DNA of 64,000 bases from Candidatus Danuiimicrobium aquiferis (GTDB lineage: Bacteria > Omnitrophota > Omnitrophia > Omnitrophales > Danuiimicrobiaceae), in assembly GCA_001804285.1 (NCBI GenBank), contig MHFR01000013.1, positions 8,920-72,919 on the forward strand. Direction: 5' to 3'. Positions within the stretch are counted from its first letter, which is position 1. Every line of letters starts with the position of its first letter. Below, piece after piece: positions 19,665-28,705 of the stretch. The notes beneath the pieces were generated by a model. That model was given only the letters and a program-made list of their open reading frames with translations, searched no databases and had not been told where the DNA came from. Both the position numbers and the translations under genes were made by a program.

Positions 19665-20780
19665 ATGATTGAATTTATGACATGCGGAGAATCGCACGGG
19701 AAACAATTGTCGGCGATTTTAGAAGGAATGCCGAGCGGGATCCGGATGGATCCGGATTTGATCAATCATGATTTGTGGCGGCGGCAGCAGGGATTTGGAC
19801 GCGGCGGCCGGCAGAAAATCGAGAGCGACAAAATTGAAATCACGGGCGGTATTTACCGCGGACGGACGACGGGTGCCCCGATTGGCCTTTCGATTCACAA
19901 CAAAGACGCTAAAATTGATGAGCTTCCTCAGCTTTGGCGTCCCCGGCCGGGTCATGCGGATTTGGCCGGTGTCCTCAAATATAATGTCGGAATACGCGAA
20001 ATTCTGGAACGCGCAAGCGCCCGCGAAACAGCCATGCGCGTTGCAGTCGGTTCGATTGCGAAACTTTTTTTGCTTGATTTTGGGATTAAAGTGGCGGCGC
20101 ATGTGGTTCAAATCGGAAAAGCAAGGATCAAGGCGGAGGTTTCATTCGATGCGATTCTAAAGAGGAGCGACGATTCTCAAGTGAACTGTGTTTCGCCGGA
20201 TGTTGAAAAGGCTATGATCCGTGAAATTAAGAAGGCGATGAAAGATGAAAATACGGTGGGCGGTAAATTTGAGGTTTGTGTAAGAGGTGTGCCGATCGGT
20301 TTGGGCTCGCATGTTCATTACAAGAGGAAACTTGACGGCCGGATTGCACAGGGTTTGATGAGTTTGCAAACGGTCAAAGCGGTTGAATTTGGAATTGGTG
20401 TGCTGGCCGCCGAGGTGTTTGGATCGGAAGCTCATGACGAAATCTATTTCGATCCAAAACGAAGCTATTATCACACGACGAATCGTGCGGGTGGAATTAC
20501 CGGCGGGATGTCGAACGGTTCTGAAATCCGTGTCCGGGCGATCATGAAACCGATTTCGACGCTTGGCAAGCCGCTTCGTTCCGTTAATATGAAGACAAAG
20601 GCTCCGGAAAAAGCAGACTTCGAACGCTCGGACATTTGCGCGGTTCCGGCCGGAAGTGTGGTCGGCGAATCGATCGTGGCGTTTGAAATAGCCGATGCGT
20701 TTCTCGAAAAATTCGGCGGTGATTCCGTGGCGGAGATTAAACGGAACTATAAGGGATATTTGAGGTCGATTGAAGTGTGA
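19665..20780 (+). CDS. aroC: Chorismate synthase
   Basis: TCGESHG N-terminal motif, GGRQ and RSDICAVPA blocks, 371 aa. Confidence 0.9.
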   Translation: MIEFMTCGESHGKQLSAILEGMPSGIRMDPDLINHDLWRRQQGFGRGGRQKIESDKIEITGGIYRGRTTGAPIGLSIHNKDAKIDELPQLWRPRPGHADLAGVLKYNVGIREILERASARETAMRVAVGSIAKLFLLDFGIKVAAHVVQIGKARIKAEVSFDAILKRSDDSQVNCVSPDVEKAMIREIKKAMKDENTVGGKFEVCVRGVPIGLGSHVHYKRKLDGRIAQGLMSLQTVKAVEFGIGVLAAEVFGSEAHDEIYFDPKRSYYHTTNRAGGITGGMSNGSEIRVRAIMKPISTLGKPLRSVNMKTKAPEKADFERSDICAVPAGSVVGESIVAFEIADAFLEKFGGDSVAEIKRNYKGYLRSIEV

Positions 20781-20785
20781 ATCTG

Positions 20786-20880
20786 AAATTCCAATGACCA
20801 AGGGCCAATGACACAAATAAATCCCAAAAGGATTAATTTCTAATTGTGAATTGAAACATTGAAACTTCCTTGGTCATTGT
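20786..20880. repeat. Family C MITE-like element copy 2
   Basis: aaattccaatgaccaagggccaatgac ... ttccttggtcattg, directly after the aroC stop. Shorter right end than copy 1. Confidence 0.5.
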
Positions 20881-20892
20881 CCGCTTAGTAAA

Positions 20893-20922
20893 CTGGCGGA
20901 TCCGCCGGTGTGTTTGGCGGAG
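20893..20922. repeat. Family B repeat (CTGGCGGATCCGCC ... TGGCGGAG)
   Basis: Identical core to 1262-1286 and 3697-3726. Confidence 0.5.
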
Positions 20923-20981
20923 GATTTGAACATTGAGATTTCACAACGCGTTATATTGCCAGTAACCAGTAAATTAATACT

Positions 20982-21515
20982 ATGAAAAATATCTACTTAA
21001 TCGGAATGATGGGTTCGGGCAAGACGGCAACGGGATTTGCCTTGTCGCGGATTCTCAAAATCCCGTTCATTGATGTGGATGAAATGATTGTGAAGCGCGC
21101 CGGAAAGACCATCAATAATATATTTGCGGATCACGATGAAGTGTTTTTCAGGGGCGTGGAGCGGGAAGTTCTTGCTTCTGTCGCTGCGCGGACTGATCAA
21201 GTGATTTCAACGGGCGGCGGAATCGTTCTGGATCCGGCGAATCAAGCGGTGATGAAAACGACGGGAACCGTTATTTATTTAAACACAGGGCTCGAAACCC
21301 TTTGGAAAAGGGTTCGCGCGCGAAGCGACCGGCCGCTGCTTTTGACGGATGATCCCAAAAAAACATTAGAGACGATTTTTTTAGTACGAAAAACACTTTA
21401 TGAACAGACGGCAGATTTTGTATTTTTAACCGATGACAATACGCCTCACGGACTGGCGGAGGAAATTGTCAGAACATGTTTTCCACCGGAGACTCATGAA
21501 ACAAATCAAAGTTAA
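20982..21515 (+). CDS. aroK: Shikimate kinase
   Basis: Walker A GMMGSGKT, about 177 aa, NMP-kinase fold layout. Confidence 0.85.
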   Translation: MKNIYLIGMMGSGKTATGFALSRILKIPFIDVDEMIVKRAGKTINNIFADHDEVFFRGVEREVLASVAARTDQVISTGGGIVLDPANQAVMKTTGTVIYLNTGLETLWKRVRARSDRPLLLTDDPKKTLETIFLVRKTLYEQTADFVFLTDDNTPHGLAEEIVRTCFPPETHETNQS

Positions 21516-22647
21516 ACACGCTAAAGGCCAATATAAGATTCTCATCGGCACGGATTTGCTTCCCAAAACCGGTGTGTTTCTCAAATCCCTTGTGGGTGGA
21601 AGAAAAATTCTCATTGTTTCGCATCGGACGATTGCAAAATATCATTCAGGAACCGTCAAACACTCGCTTGAGAAAGCAGGATTCGAGGTGCATTCTTATT
21701 TACTTCCATACGGTGGAGAGCGGGACAAATCCGAGCAGGTGTTGAAATCGCTTTGGAAGAAAATGGCGGATATTGGATTGGACCGTTCAAGCGCGCTGCT
21801 TGCACTCGGCGGCGGGGTGGTCGGCGATTTGGCCGGATTTGCGGCGGCAACTTATATGCGCGGAATTTCTGTCGTTCAAGTGCCGACAACGCTTTTGGCT
21901 CAAGTCGATAGCGCGATCGGCGGGAAAACCGGAATGGATCTTTATCAAGTCAAAAATATTGTCGGCGCGTTTCATCAGCCGCGAATGGTGATTTGCGATA
22001 TGAACACGCTTAAAACCTTGCCACTCGCAGAATTCCGGAATGCGTTTGCCGAAGTGATTAAATACGGTGTGATTTGGGACGCGAAATTGTTTGATTTGCT
22101 TGAAAAGAAAACAGCGGCGTTTTTCACGTCTTTAAACCGAGGTAAATTAAATCAGAAAGATTTTTCATTTCTTGAAATCATTGTGTATCGATCAGCCAAG
22201 GTAAAGGCAGAGGTTGTTTGTAAGGATGAGTTCGAAACAAGCGGACTTCGAATGATTTTGAATTACGGGCATACCTTCGGTCACGCGTTTGAAAGTGTTT
22301 CAAATTACAGAATTTCACATGGCGAAGCCGTGGCAGTCGGAATGATGCTGGCCGGGGAACTGGCTTTGCGAGAAGGTTTGTTTCCGAAATCCGGTCAAGC
22401 GCGGCAAGTGAAGCTGCTTCGAGAGTCCGGATTGCTTGAGCCGTGGTTTCGGGGGAGATATGCGGCAGCGAAGCTCGTGTCTTTTATGAAGAAGGATAAA
22501 AAAGCGAAGGCCGGTGCTCTCAGGCTTGTGTTGCCTCGTACAATCGGACGCGTGGAAGTCCGGAGTGATTTTTCCGGAGCGAAAGTTTTAAGCTTTTTGA
22601 AAGATGTACTAACAAACAAAACGGGGACAGGTGTTAATGCTCAGTGA
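21496..22647 (+). CDS. aroB: 3-dehydroquinate synthase
   Basis: GGGVVGDLAGFAAATYMRGI NAD/metal-binding block, HxxGH motifs. Start taken at MKQIKVK, overlapping the aroK end. Confidence 0.85.
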   Translation: MKQIKVKHAKGQYKILIGTDLLPKTGVFLKSLVGGRKILIVSHRTIAKYHSGTVKHSLEKAGFEVHSYLLPYGGERDKSEQVLKSLWKKMADIGLDRSSALLALGGGVVGDLAGFAAATYMRGISVVQVPTTLLAQVDSAIGGKTGMDLYQVKNIVGAFHQPRMVICDMNTLKTLPLAEFRNAFAEVIKYGVIWDAKLFDLLEKKTAAFFTSLNRGKLNQKDFSFLEIIVYRSAKVKAEVVCKDEFETSGLRMILNYGHTFGHAFESVSNYRISHGEAVAVGMMLAGELALREGLFPKSGQARQVKLLRESGLLEPWFRGRYAAAKLVSFMKKDKKAKAGALRLVLPRTIGRVEVRSDFSGAKVLSFLKDVLTNKTGTGVNAQ

Positions 22648-22698
22648 TTTAGGTAACTCTTTTCGAAATTGGATATTGGATTGTTATTATTTTAAGAT

Positions 22699-22860
22699 TG
22701 TCATCCCTGCCTGTCCGGCAGGCAGGTCCGCAAGCTTTCCTTGGGAAAGAAAGGGCCGGCCCCAGTTTTTCCGGGGTAGGCGGGGATCTAAGAGCAAGTG
22801 TTCTCTTGGTAAAGCTTTAGCAAAAGCAGAGATTCCCGCCTAAGGCATGCGGGAATGACA
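22699..22860. repeat. Composite family A element: one unit whose loop carries a roughly 68 bp insert with nested palindromes, plus a second standard unit
   Basis: gtcatccctgcc..[tgcctgtccggcaggca, ggccggcc, ccggggtaggcgggg]..ggcggggatc, then gattcccgcctaaggcatgcgggaatgaca. Confidence 0.5.
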
Positions 22861-22892
22861 TACATTTTTGTTCAGAAAGGCTAAAAATATTT

Positions 22893-24068
22893 ATGTCTAA
22901 CAATTTTGAACAGGTACGAAAATCGGTTTGGTTGCTGAAGGCGCTTTCCGGCTTTGGTGCGCAACAGTTTAAAATTTTCTGCGAAAACGTAAAAGATATT
23001 TCCGATATCCTTTGCAAAGACGCGAGGATGGATTTTTATGGCAAGGGTTATTTTACGAAAGAACAAATTTCAGAGCTCGAAACGCTGATTTCCGGGAATG
23101 AATATGAAAAAGATATTGATCACTGCCGTGAAGCGGGTGTTGAACTGATTTCGGTCTTTGATTCTCGGTATCCCAAAAACCTTTCTGCGATTTACGATCC
23201 GCCGCTCGTCATTTATGTCAAAGGCACGATTCTTCAGGAAGACGAAGTCGGTGTCGGAATTGTCGGGACGCGCCATCCGAGTATCTACGGACTTAAGTGT
23301 GCGGGCAAGTTTGCGTTTGAGCTTGCGGAGAAAGGAGTGACCATTATTTCCGGTCTTGCGCGCGGGATTGATGGGGAGTCGCATCGAGGGGCGCTTCGCG
23401 GAAAAGGACGGACGATTGCAGTATTAGGTTCCGGCCTTGATGTTATTTATCCGAAAGGGCATGAAAATTTGTATGAGCAGATTACGGAATCGGGTGCGGT
23501 GATCAGCGAATATCCTCTCGGAACAGAGCCGGCGCGTTATCATTTCCCGATGCGAAACCGGATTATTGCCGGGCTTTCGATCGGCGTTTTGGTGGTTGAG
23601 GCAAGCCAGAAAAGCGGTGCGTTGATTACGGCGAATATAGCTGCGAATGAAAACCGTGAAGTGTATGTGATTCCCGGGCAAATTGATTCGATTCAGTCGC
23701 TCGGAACCAATCAATTAATTCAAAAAGGTGCAAGATTAGTGACATCTGCGAATGAAATTCTCGAGGACATCAAAAATCCGATTCAGCGGGCGTTGAATCA
23801 ATGGAAGCGGGAGTCTGAGAGCCCGGTACCGCTTCCAAAAGTGCCAGGTTCTAACTCAATTAAATCAGAACCCGGCACTTTTGGAAACGGTACCGGGAGT
23901 AATGACCCACTCCTCAAATTATTATCTGACGAGCCGCTATATTTTGATGAAATTATGCAACTCATGGGCGGCAAGCCTGCGGAAGTTCATACGAAGTTGG
24001 TGAAACTTGAATTGGAAGGCTCCGTAAAAAGATCTTTTGGGGGCGGTTATGTTAAACTTGCAAAATAA
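22893..24068 (+). CDS. dprA: DNA processing protein A (Smf)
   Basis: Rossmann-like DprA core GIVGTRHPS...GLARGIDGESHRGAL, C-terminal winged-helix extension. Confidence 0.85.
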   Translation: MSNNFEQVRKSVWLLKALSGFGAQQFKIFCENVKDISDILCKDARMDFYGKGYFTKEQISELETLISGNEYEKDIDHCREAGVELISVFDSRYPKNLSAIYDPPLVIYVKGTILQEDEVGVGIVGTRHPSIYGLKCAGKFAFELAEKGVTIISGLARGIDGESHRGALRGKGRTIAVLGSGLDVIYPKGHENLYEQITESGAVISEYPLGTEPARYHFPMRNRIIAGLSIGVLVVEASQKSGALITANIAANENREVYVIPGQIDSIQSLGTNQLIQKGARLVTSANEILEDIKNPIQRALNQWKRESESPVPLPKVPGSNSIKSEPGTFGNGTGSNDPLLKLLSDEPLYFDEIMQLMGGKPAEVHTKLVKLELEGSVKRSFGGGYVKLAK

Positions 24069-24132
24069 GAAGGTCTCGGGTATACTTCTTTCATTGTTTT
24101 TAAATCTATGCTTTTAACGAAAGGAGCATGTC

Positions 24133-24558
24133 ATGGTTGAAGGTGATCAAACAGTGGTTGGAGGAGGAATGAGCATCCCTGAAGCAGCACCAAAAGGGAG
24201 GCGCTTTGCGTCGGCTTTGGTGGATTTGCTGATTATTCCGATTGTGCTGGGAGTGGTTGCGGGACTATTGCTTTTAGCGGTTCCAGAGATGGTGAGAAAT
24301 ATTATTTTGATAGTCGTTAATATCGGGTGGCTTATTTTCCGGGATAAAGTATTTTCACCCGGCCGGAAAATGGTTGGGTTGAAGCTTATCAGTACGTCGA
24401 GCGAAAATATAACCATCGGACAAGCCTTCATCCGGAACATACTGTTGATTGTTCCGTTTGTATTGGTGGTCGGCTATATTGTGGAAATTGTTTTTCTCCT
24501 TACAAAAGGAAATCGTGTTGCGGACCAGTGGGCTGGAACACGCGTAGTCGTTGCGTAA
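24133..24558 (+). CDS. RDD-family membrane protein
   Basis: Two to three TM segments, conserved R...D...D spacing, C-terminal DQWAGTRVV. Confidence 0.6.
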   Translation: MVEGDQTVVGGGMSIPEAAPKGRRFASALVDLLIIPIVLGVVAGLLLLAVPEMVRNIILIVVNIGWLIFRDKVFSPGRKMVGLKLISTSSENITIGQAFIRNILLIVPFVLVVGYIVEIVFLLTKGNRVADQWAGTRVVVA

Positions 24559-24806
24559 AGAGTTTTACCTTTGCAGGATAAAACAAAAAGGGGACACACA
24601 GCAGGGGCAAGTTGAATTAGCTGTATGTTCCCTTTTTTGTTTCTTCAAGATCGTTAAATTGTCCGGATCCTCGCCGGGATTGATGTAAAACATTCCAGTA
24701 TAATAATTTAAGTTCAGCCTTCTACCTGTTCATTTTTCTTCCACAAATTGGCAACTCGTCCGGAGGCGTGTTATCCTTTATATGTAAAGACAAAAGGAAG
24801 ACGCAT

Positions 24807-25316
24807 ATGCCGAAACGAAAACCGATGAAAAAGAAAGATCAAAGCCTGTCGGATATCCAATCGGAATTTTCCCAAATCAGACACGATATCAAACAAAAGC
24901 TCAATTACATCAATACGCATCTCGATAAACTTTGGGAAAATGCTGCCATTGCGAATGAACGCTTACAGGATCTCGAAGTGTATATTAACTTATTAGGTCG
25001 CCTGATCACCACCTTATCCGTCGAAAAAATGGGGATTAATCTCAAACACCTAAAGACACTTCTCCAGCGGATTGAAAAAGAGGTGATTGCGGATTCTCAA
25101 ATTCAAGATCTTGAGGAAATGTTTCATATCGGGGAGAGAAAGTTGACCAGCGAAAAACCGGAAGATCCGGCCGTTGAAAGTGAAGAATCCGCGGAATCGG
25201 CCGATTCGGAAGATGTGGTTTATTTCGGCGATGAAGAAAAAGAACTTGGGGATGAATCCGATATCGATGAAGATGAAAAATCCCCCGGTGGTGAAGGCGG
25301 CCCTTCGGAAGAATAA
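24807..25316 (+). CDS. Hypothetical protein with basic N-terminus, coiled-coil middle and strongly acidic C-terminal tail
   Basis: MPKRKPMKKK start; tail EESAESADSEDVVYFGDEEKELGDESDIDEDEK. No recognisable domain. Confidence 0.35.
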   Translation: MPKRKPMKKKDQSLSDIQSEFSQIRHDIKQKLNYINTHLDKLWENAAIANERLQDLEVYINLLGRLITTLSVEKMGINLKHLKTLLQRIEKEVIADSQIQDLEEMFHIGERKLTSEKPEDPAVESEESAESADSEDVVYFGDEEKELGDESDIDEDEKSPGGEGGPSEE

Positions 25317-25495
25317 CCCGGATAGTTTCTGTAAGGCGCGATCATAAAAGACCTTGTATGTTTTTTTTAACGTCCGATAAAATTAATTTACAAATTCTAC
25401 GATGCCCAATATAATACACCCTTCTATTTCGCGATACGTGTATCGATTTTAAAACTGGTTTCTTAAGCTGTATAAAGCGGATTATTTAATCAATT

Positions 25496-27655
25496 ATGGC
25501 AGTTAAAAAAGCAGAGAAAAGCAAAACCAAACATTTAGTGATTGTCGAATCGCCCACCAAAGCCGGCACAATCAATAAATTCCTTGGTAAAGATTATCAC
25601 GTTGAAGCCTCGTTCGGGCATGTCCGGGATCTACCGAAAAGTAAGATGGGCGTGGATGTTGCGAATGATTTTGTGCCTCAATATATCATTCCGTCAAAGG
25701 CCAAAAAAACCGTCAATAAACTGAAAAAAGCCGCTGAAGGCATGCAGACCATCTTTCTCGCCGCTGACCCTGACAGGGAAGGGGAAGCGATTAGTTGGCA
25801 TTTAGCGGCAATTTTCAATGGTTCAAAGGCCGATATTAAACGGGTCGAATTCAATGAGCTGACCAAAGAAGCGGTTTGCCGCGCATTCGAACATCCCCGG
25901 GAGATTGATGAAAACCTTGTCAATGCGCAGCAGGCCCGGCGTATTTTAGACCGGGTGGTCGGTTACGAGCTCAGCCCTCTCTTGTGGAAAAAAGTCCAAC
26001 GGGGACTCAGTGCCGGCCGCGTTCAGTCGGTTGCGCTTCGGATTATTGTTGAGCGTGAACGCGAAATTCGCGCGTTTGTTCCCGAGGAATATTGGTCTCT
26101 CCACGCGGAGCTTTCTTCGAAACGTCCCGAACAACAATCCAAAATTTTTACGGCGAAACTCGTCAAAATCGGAAAAGAAAAAGCGGAAATTCACAGAGAA
26201 GATGAAATGCTCGGCGTCAAGAATGCGCTAACGAATGCAGAGTTTCGTGTGCTTTCGGTTCAGAAAAAAGAACGTCAGCGAAAGGCGCAAGCACCTTACA
26301 CCACAAGTAAATTACAACAGGAAGCGTATAACCGTCTCGGATTTTCCGCCGTGAAGACGATGAAAGTTGCTCAGTCGCTCTATGAAGGTGTGGATTTAGG
26401 GAAAGACGGAGGACCGGTCGGTTTGATTACGTATATGCGAACGGATTCGGTGAATATTGCTGATGTGGCACGGAAAGAAGCTTCTCAATATATTTATGAA
26501 AAATTTGGCAGTGAATATTACCCGCAAACGCCGAATATGTACAAATCAAAAAAAGGCGCGCAGGAGGCGCACGAAGCCATCCGACCGAGTTCTGCTTACC
26601 GCGAGCCGGAAAAAATCAAGTCCCACCTTAATGAGGAGCAATACAAATTGTATGACTTGATTTGGCGAAAGTTTGTTTCATCTCAAATGACGCCGGCGCG
26701 TGATCTTGTGACTTCGATTGATATTCAGGCGGGAACGGAATATTTCTTTAAAGCGTCCGGGACGAAGAATATTTTTCCCGGATTTTCAGCAGTGTTCGGA
26801 GATTTTCAGAAAAACGTTGAAAAGAAAGAAAATGAAGATAAAAAGGAAGAAGCGGATGAAAGCGGGGACGTGAATGACGATTTCCCTGAGCTTGAAGATA
26901 ACGAACTTCTGAACCTTCATCAGCTCACCGGAAACCAGCATTTCACGAAGCCGCCTCCGCGGTTTAACGATGCAAGTTTGGTCAAAATTTTGGAAGAAAA
27001 AGGAATTGGCCGTCCGAGTACTTACGCACCGACCATTTCAACGCTTGTCTACCGTAATTATGCGGAGCGAAAAGGCGGCGCGTTGATGCCTACGGAACTG
27101 GCGGATACGGTAATTGATCTTTTGGTCAATCATTTTCCGGTTATCCTTGATGTTGAATTTACGGCACGGATGGAAGAAGATTTGGATTTAATTGAAGAAG
27201 GAAAAGCGGATTGGGTGAAGATTCTGAAAGAATTCCATGAGCCTTTTGAGAAACAGCTTGTGGAAGCTCGTGAAAAAATGAAAGACATGAAGAAGCCGGT
27301 TGTGGAGACGGATGAAAAATGTGAAAAATGCGGCAAGACGATGGTGATCCGGTGGGGACGTTTCGGTAAATTTATTGCCTGCTCCGGTTTCCCTGAATGC
27401 CGGAATACGAAAGCCATTTCAACAGGCGTTCCTTGTCCTAAGGAAAATTGCGGCGGTTCCCTGGTGCCGCGCCGCAGCAAGGGAAATCGTAAGTTTTTCG
27501 GATGCTCAAAATATCCGGCGTGCGACTATATTGCGAATCAATTGCCCAAAAGCGATTCTTCAGAATCCTCACCGGTTCCTTCCAGCGCCGAAAGCGGCGA
27601 AAAGCCTTCGACGGATGGTCATCAATCGAAGGCGAGTACAGAGAAAATTCAATAA
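25496..27655 (+). CDS. topA: DNA topoisomerase I
   Basis: TOPRIM VIVESPTKA...DPDREGE, active-site Tyr region, C-terminal C4 zinc ribbons (CEKCGK, CPKENCGG, CSKYPACD). Confidence 0.92.
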   Translation: MAVKKAEKSKTKHLVIVESPTKAGTINKFLGKDYHVEASFGHVRDLPKSKMGVDVANDFVPQYIIPSKAKKTVNKLKKAAEGMQTIFLAADPDREGEAISWHLAAIFNGSKADIKRVEFNELTKEAVCRAFEHPREIDENLVNAQQARRILDRVVGYELSPLLWKKVQRGLSAGRVQSVALRIIVEREREIRAFVPEEYWSLHAELSSKRPEQQSKIFTAKLVKIGKEKAEIHREDEMLGVKNALTNAEFRVLSVQKKERQRKAQAPYTTSKLQQEAYNRLGFSAVKTMKVAQSLYEGVDLGKDGGPVGLITYMRTDSVNIADVARKEASQYIYEKFGSEYYPQTPNMYKSKKGAQEAHEAIRPSSAYREPEKIKSHLNEEQYKLYDLIWRKFVSSQMTPARDLVTSIDIQAGTEYFFKASGTKNIFPGFSAVFGDFQKNVEKKENEDKKEEADESGDVNDDFPELEDNELLNLHQLTGNQHFTKPPPRFNDASLVKILEEKGIGRPSTYAPTISTLVYRNYAERKGGALMPTELADTVIDLLVNHFPVILDVEFTARMEEDLDLIEEGKADWVKILKEFHEPFEKQLVEAREKMKDMKKPVVETDEKCEKCGKTMVIRWGRFGKFIACSGFPECRNTKAISTGVPCPKENCGGSLVPRRSKGNRKFFGCSKYPACDYIANQLPKSDSSESSPVPSSAESGEKPSTDGHQSKASTEKIQ

Positions 27656-27681
27656 AAAAATAGGCTGAAATAGTCTAGACT

Positions 27682-28593
27682 ATGAGCACTACACCTCAAA
27701 TGGAATGTGCGTCGGATGCGCATATTGAAAATTTTTTAGCATTTTTGGAAGTCGAGAAAAATGCGTCAATTCACACGATCAAAAATTACCGGATCGACTT
27801 GCGTGAGTTTTGTGGCTTTTTAAATCACGAAGTAACGCCTGACATTTCCCAGATTAATTATTTGTCCGTTCGCCGTTTCCTCGCGCATTTGAAAGAAAAT
27901 CATTATTTAAAAAGTTCGATTTCCCGGAAATTGGCTTGTCTGAAATCTTTTTTTAAGTATTTAACCCGCGAACATGTGGTCGAAACGAATCCGGCCGGTG
28001 GAATTTCTTCGCCGAAACGTGACAAGAAATTACCGTCTTTTCTTGACGAAAAAGAGATCGAACGGCTTCTTGAGTCGATTCACGGCGATTCGTGGAAAAT
28101 CAAGCGAGACCGGGCCATGATGGAAACGCTTTACAGCGCCGGCGTGCGCGTCAGCGAATTGGTGGGGTTAAATGTGGATGACGTGGATTTGTTGAGCGGG
28201 TTGGTGAAAGTTCGCGGGAAAGGCAAGAAAGAGCGGCTGGTGCCGCTCGGTTCGTATGCGTCGAATGCGATTAAGGATTATCTTGAGGCACTTCCGGCAG
28301 ATTTGATTAACGGAAGCCATGCTCTTTTTCTAAATCGAAGCCGGACGCGGATGACGGACAGGAGTGTCCGGCGAATGATTCTAAAATATGCCAAACGAGC
28401 GGCGCTCAAGAAAGGAATTTCACCTCACACGCTCAGGCATACGTTTGCGACGCATCTTCTTGACCGAGGAGCGGATTTGAGAAGTGTTCAAGAACTGCTC
28501 GGGCATGCGCACCTTTCCACCACTCAAATTTATACACATGTGACTTCAAAGCGCCTCAAGGATGCGTATCAGGCAGCGCATCCGAGGGCATAG
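27682..28593 (+). CDS. Tyrosine site-specific recombinase XerC/XerD
   Basis: N-terminal core-binding SAM-like domain; catalytic R..HxxR..Y context (RHTFATHLL, GHAHLSTTQIYTHV). Confidence 0.85.
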   Translation: MSTTPQMECASDAHIENFLAFLEVEKNASIHTIKNYRIDLREFCGFLNHEVTPDISQINYLSVRRFLAHLKENHYLKSSISRKLACLKSFFKYLTREHVVETNPAGGISSPKRDKKLPSFLDEKEIERLLESIHGDSWKIKRDRAMMETLYSAGVRVSELVGLNVDDVDLLSGLVKVRGKGKKERLVPLGSYASNAIKDYLEALPADLINGSHALFLNRSRTRMTDRSVRRMILKYAKRAALKKGISPHTLRHTFATHLLDRGADLRSVQELLGHAHLSTTQIYTHVTSKRLKDAYQAAHPRA

Positions 28594-28603
28594 GAAAATG
28601 TCA

Positions 28604-28650
28604 CCCCCTCACCCTAACCCTCTCCATGGGGGAGAGGGGAGGGTGAGGGG
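28604..28650. terminator. Long GC-rich near-perfect hairpin after xerC/D
   Basis: cccctcaccctaaccctctcc atgg gggagaggggagggtgagggg. Confidence 0.35.
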
Positions 28651-28705
28651 CAATGGGAATAACTTATATTTGTTTAAAGTAGTAATAGGCAACAAGGTTT
28701 AATAA

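Noticed and set aside
12621-22860. Possible CRISPR array, because of the recurring roughly 25-30 bp repeats
   Set aside because: Repeats are palindromic hairpin units at irregular spacing (hundreds to thousands of bp apart, in both orientations) without uniform spacers or adjacent cas genes. They behave like REP/MITE elements, not CRISPR.
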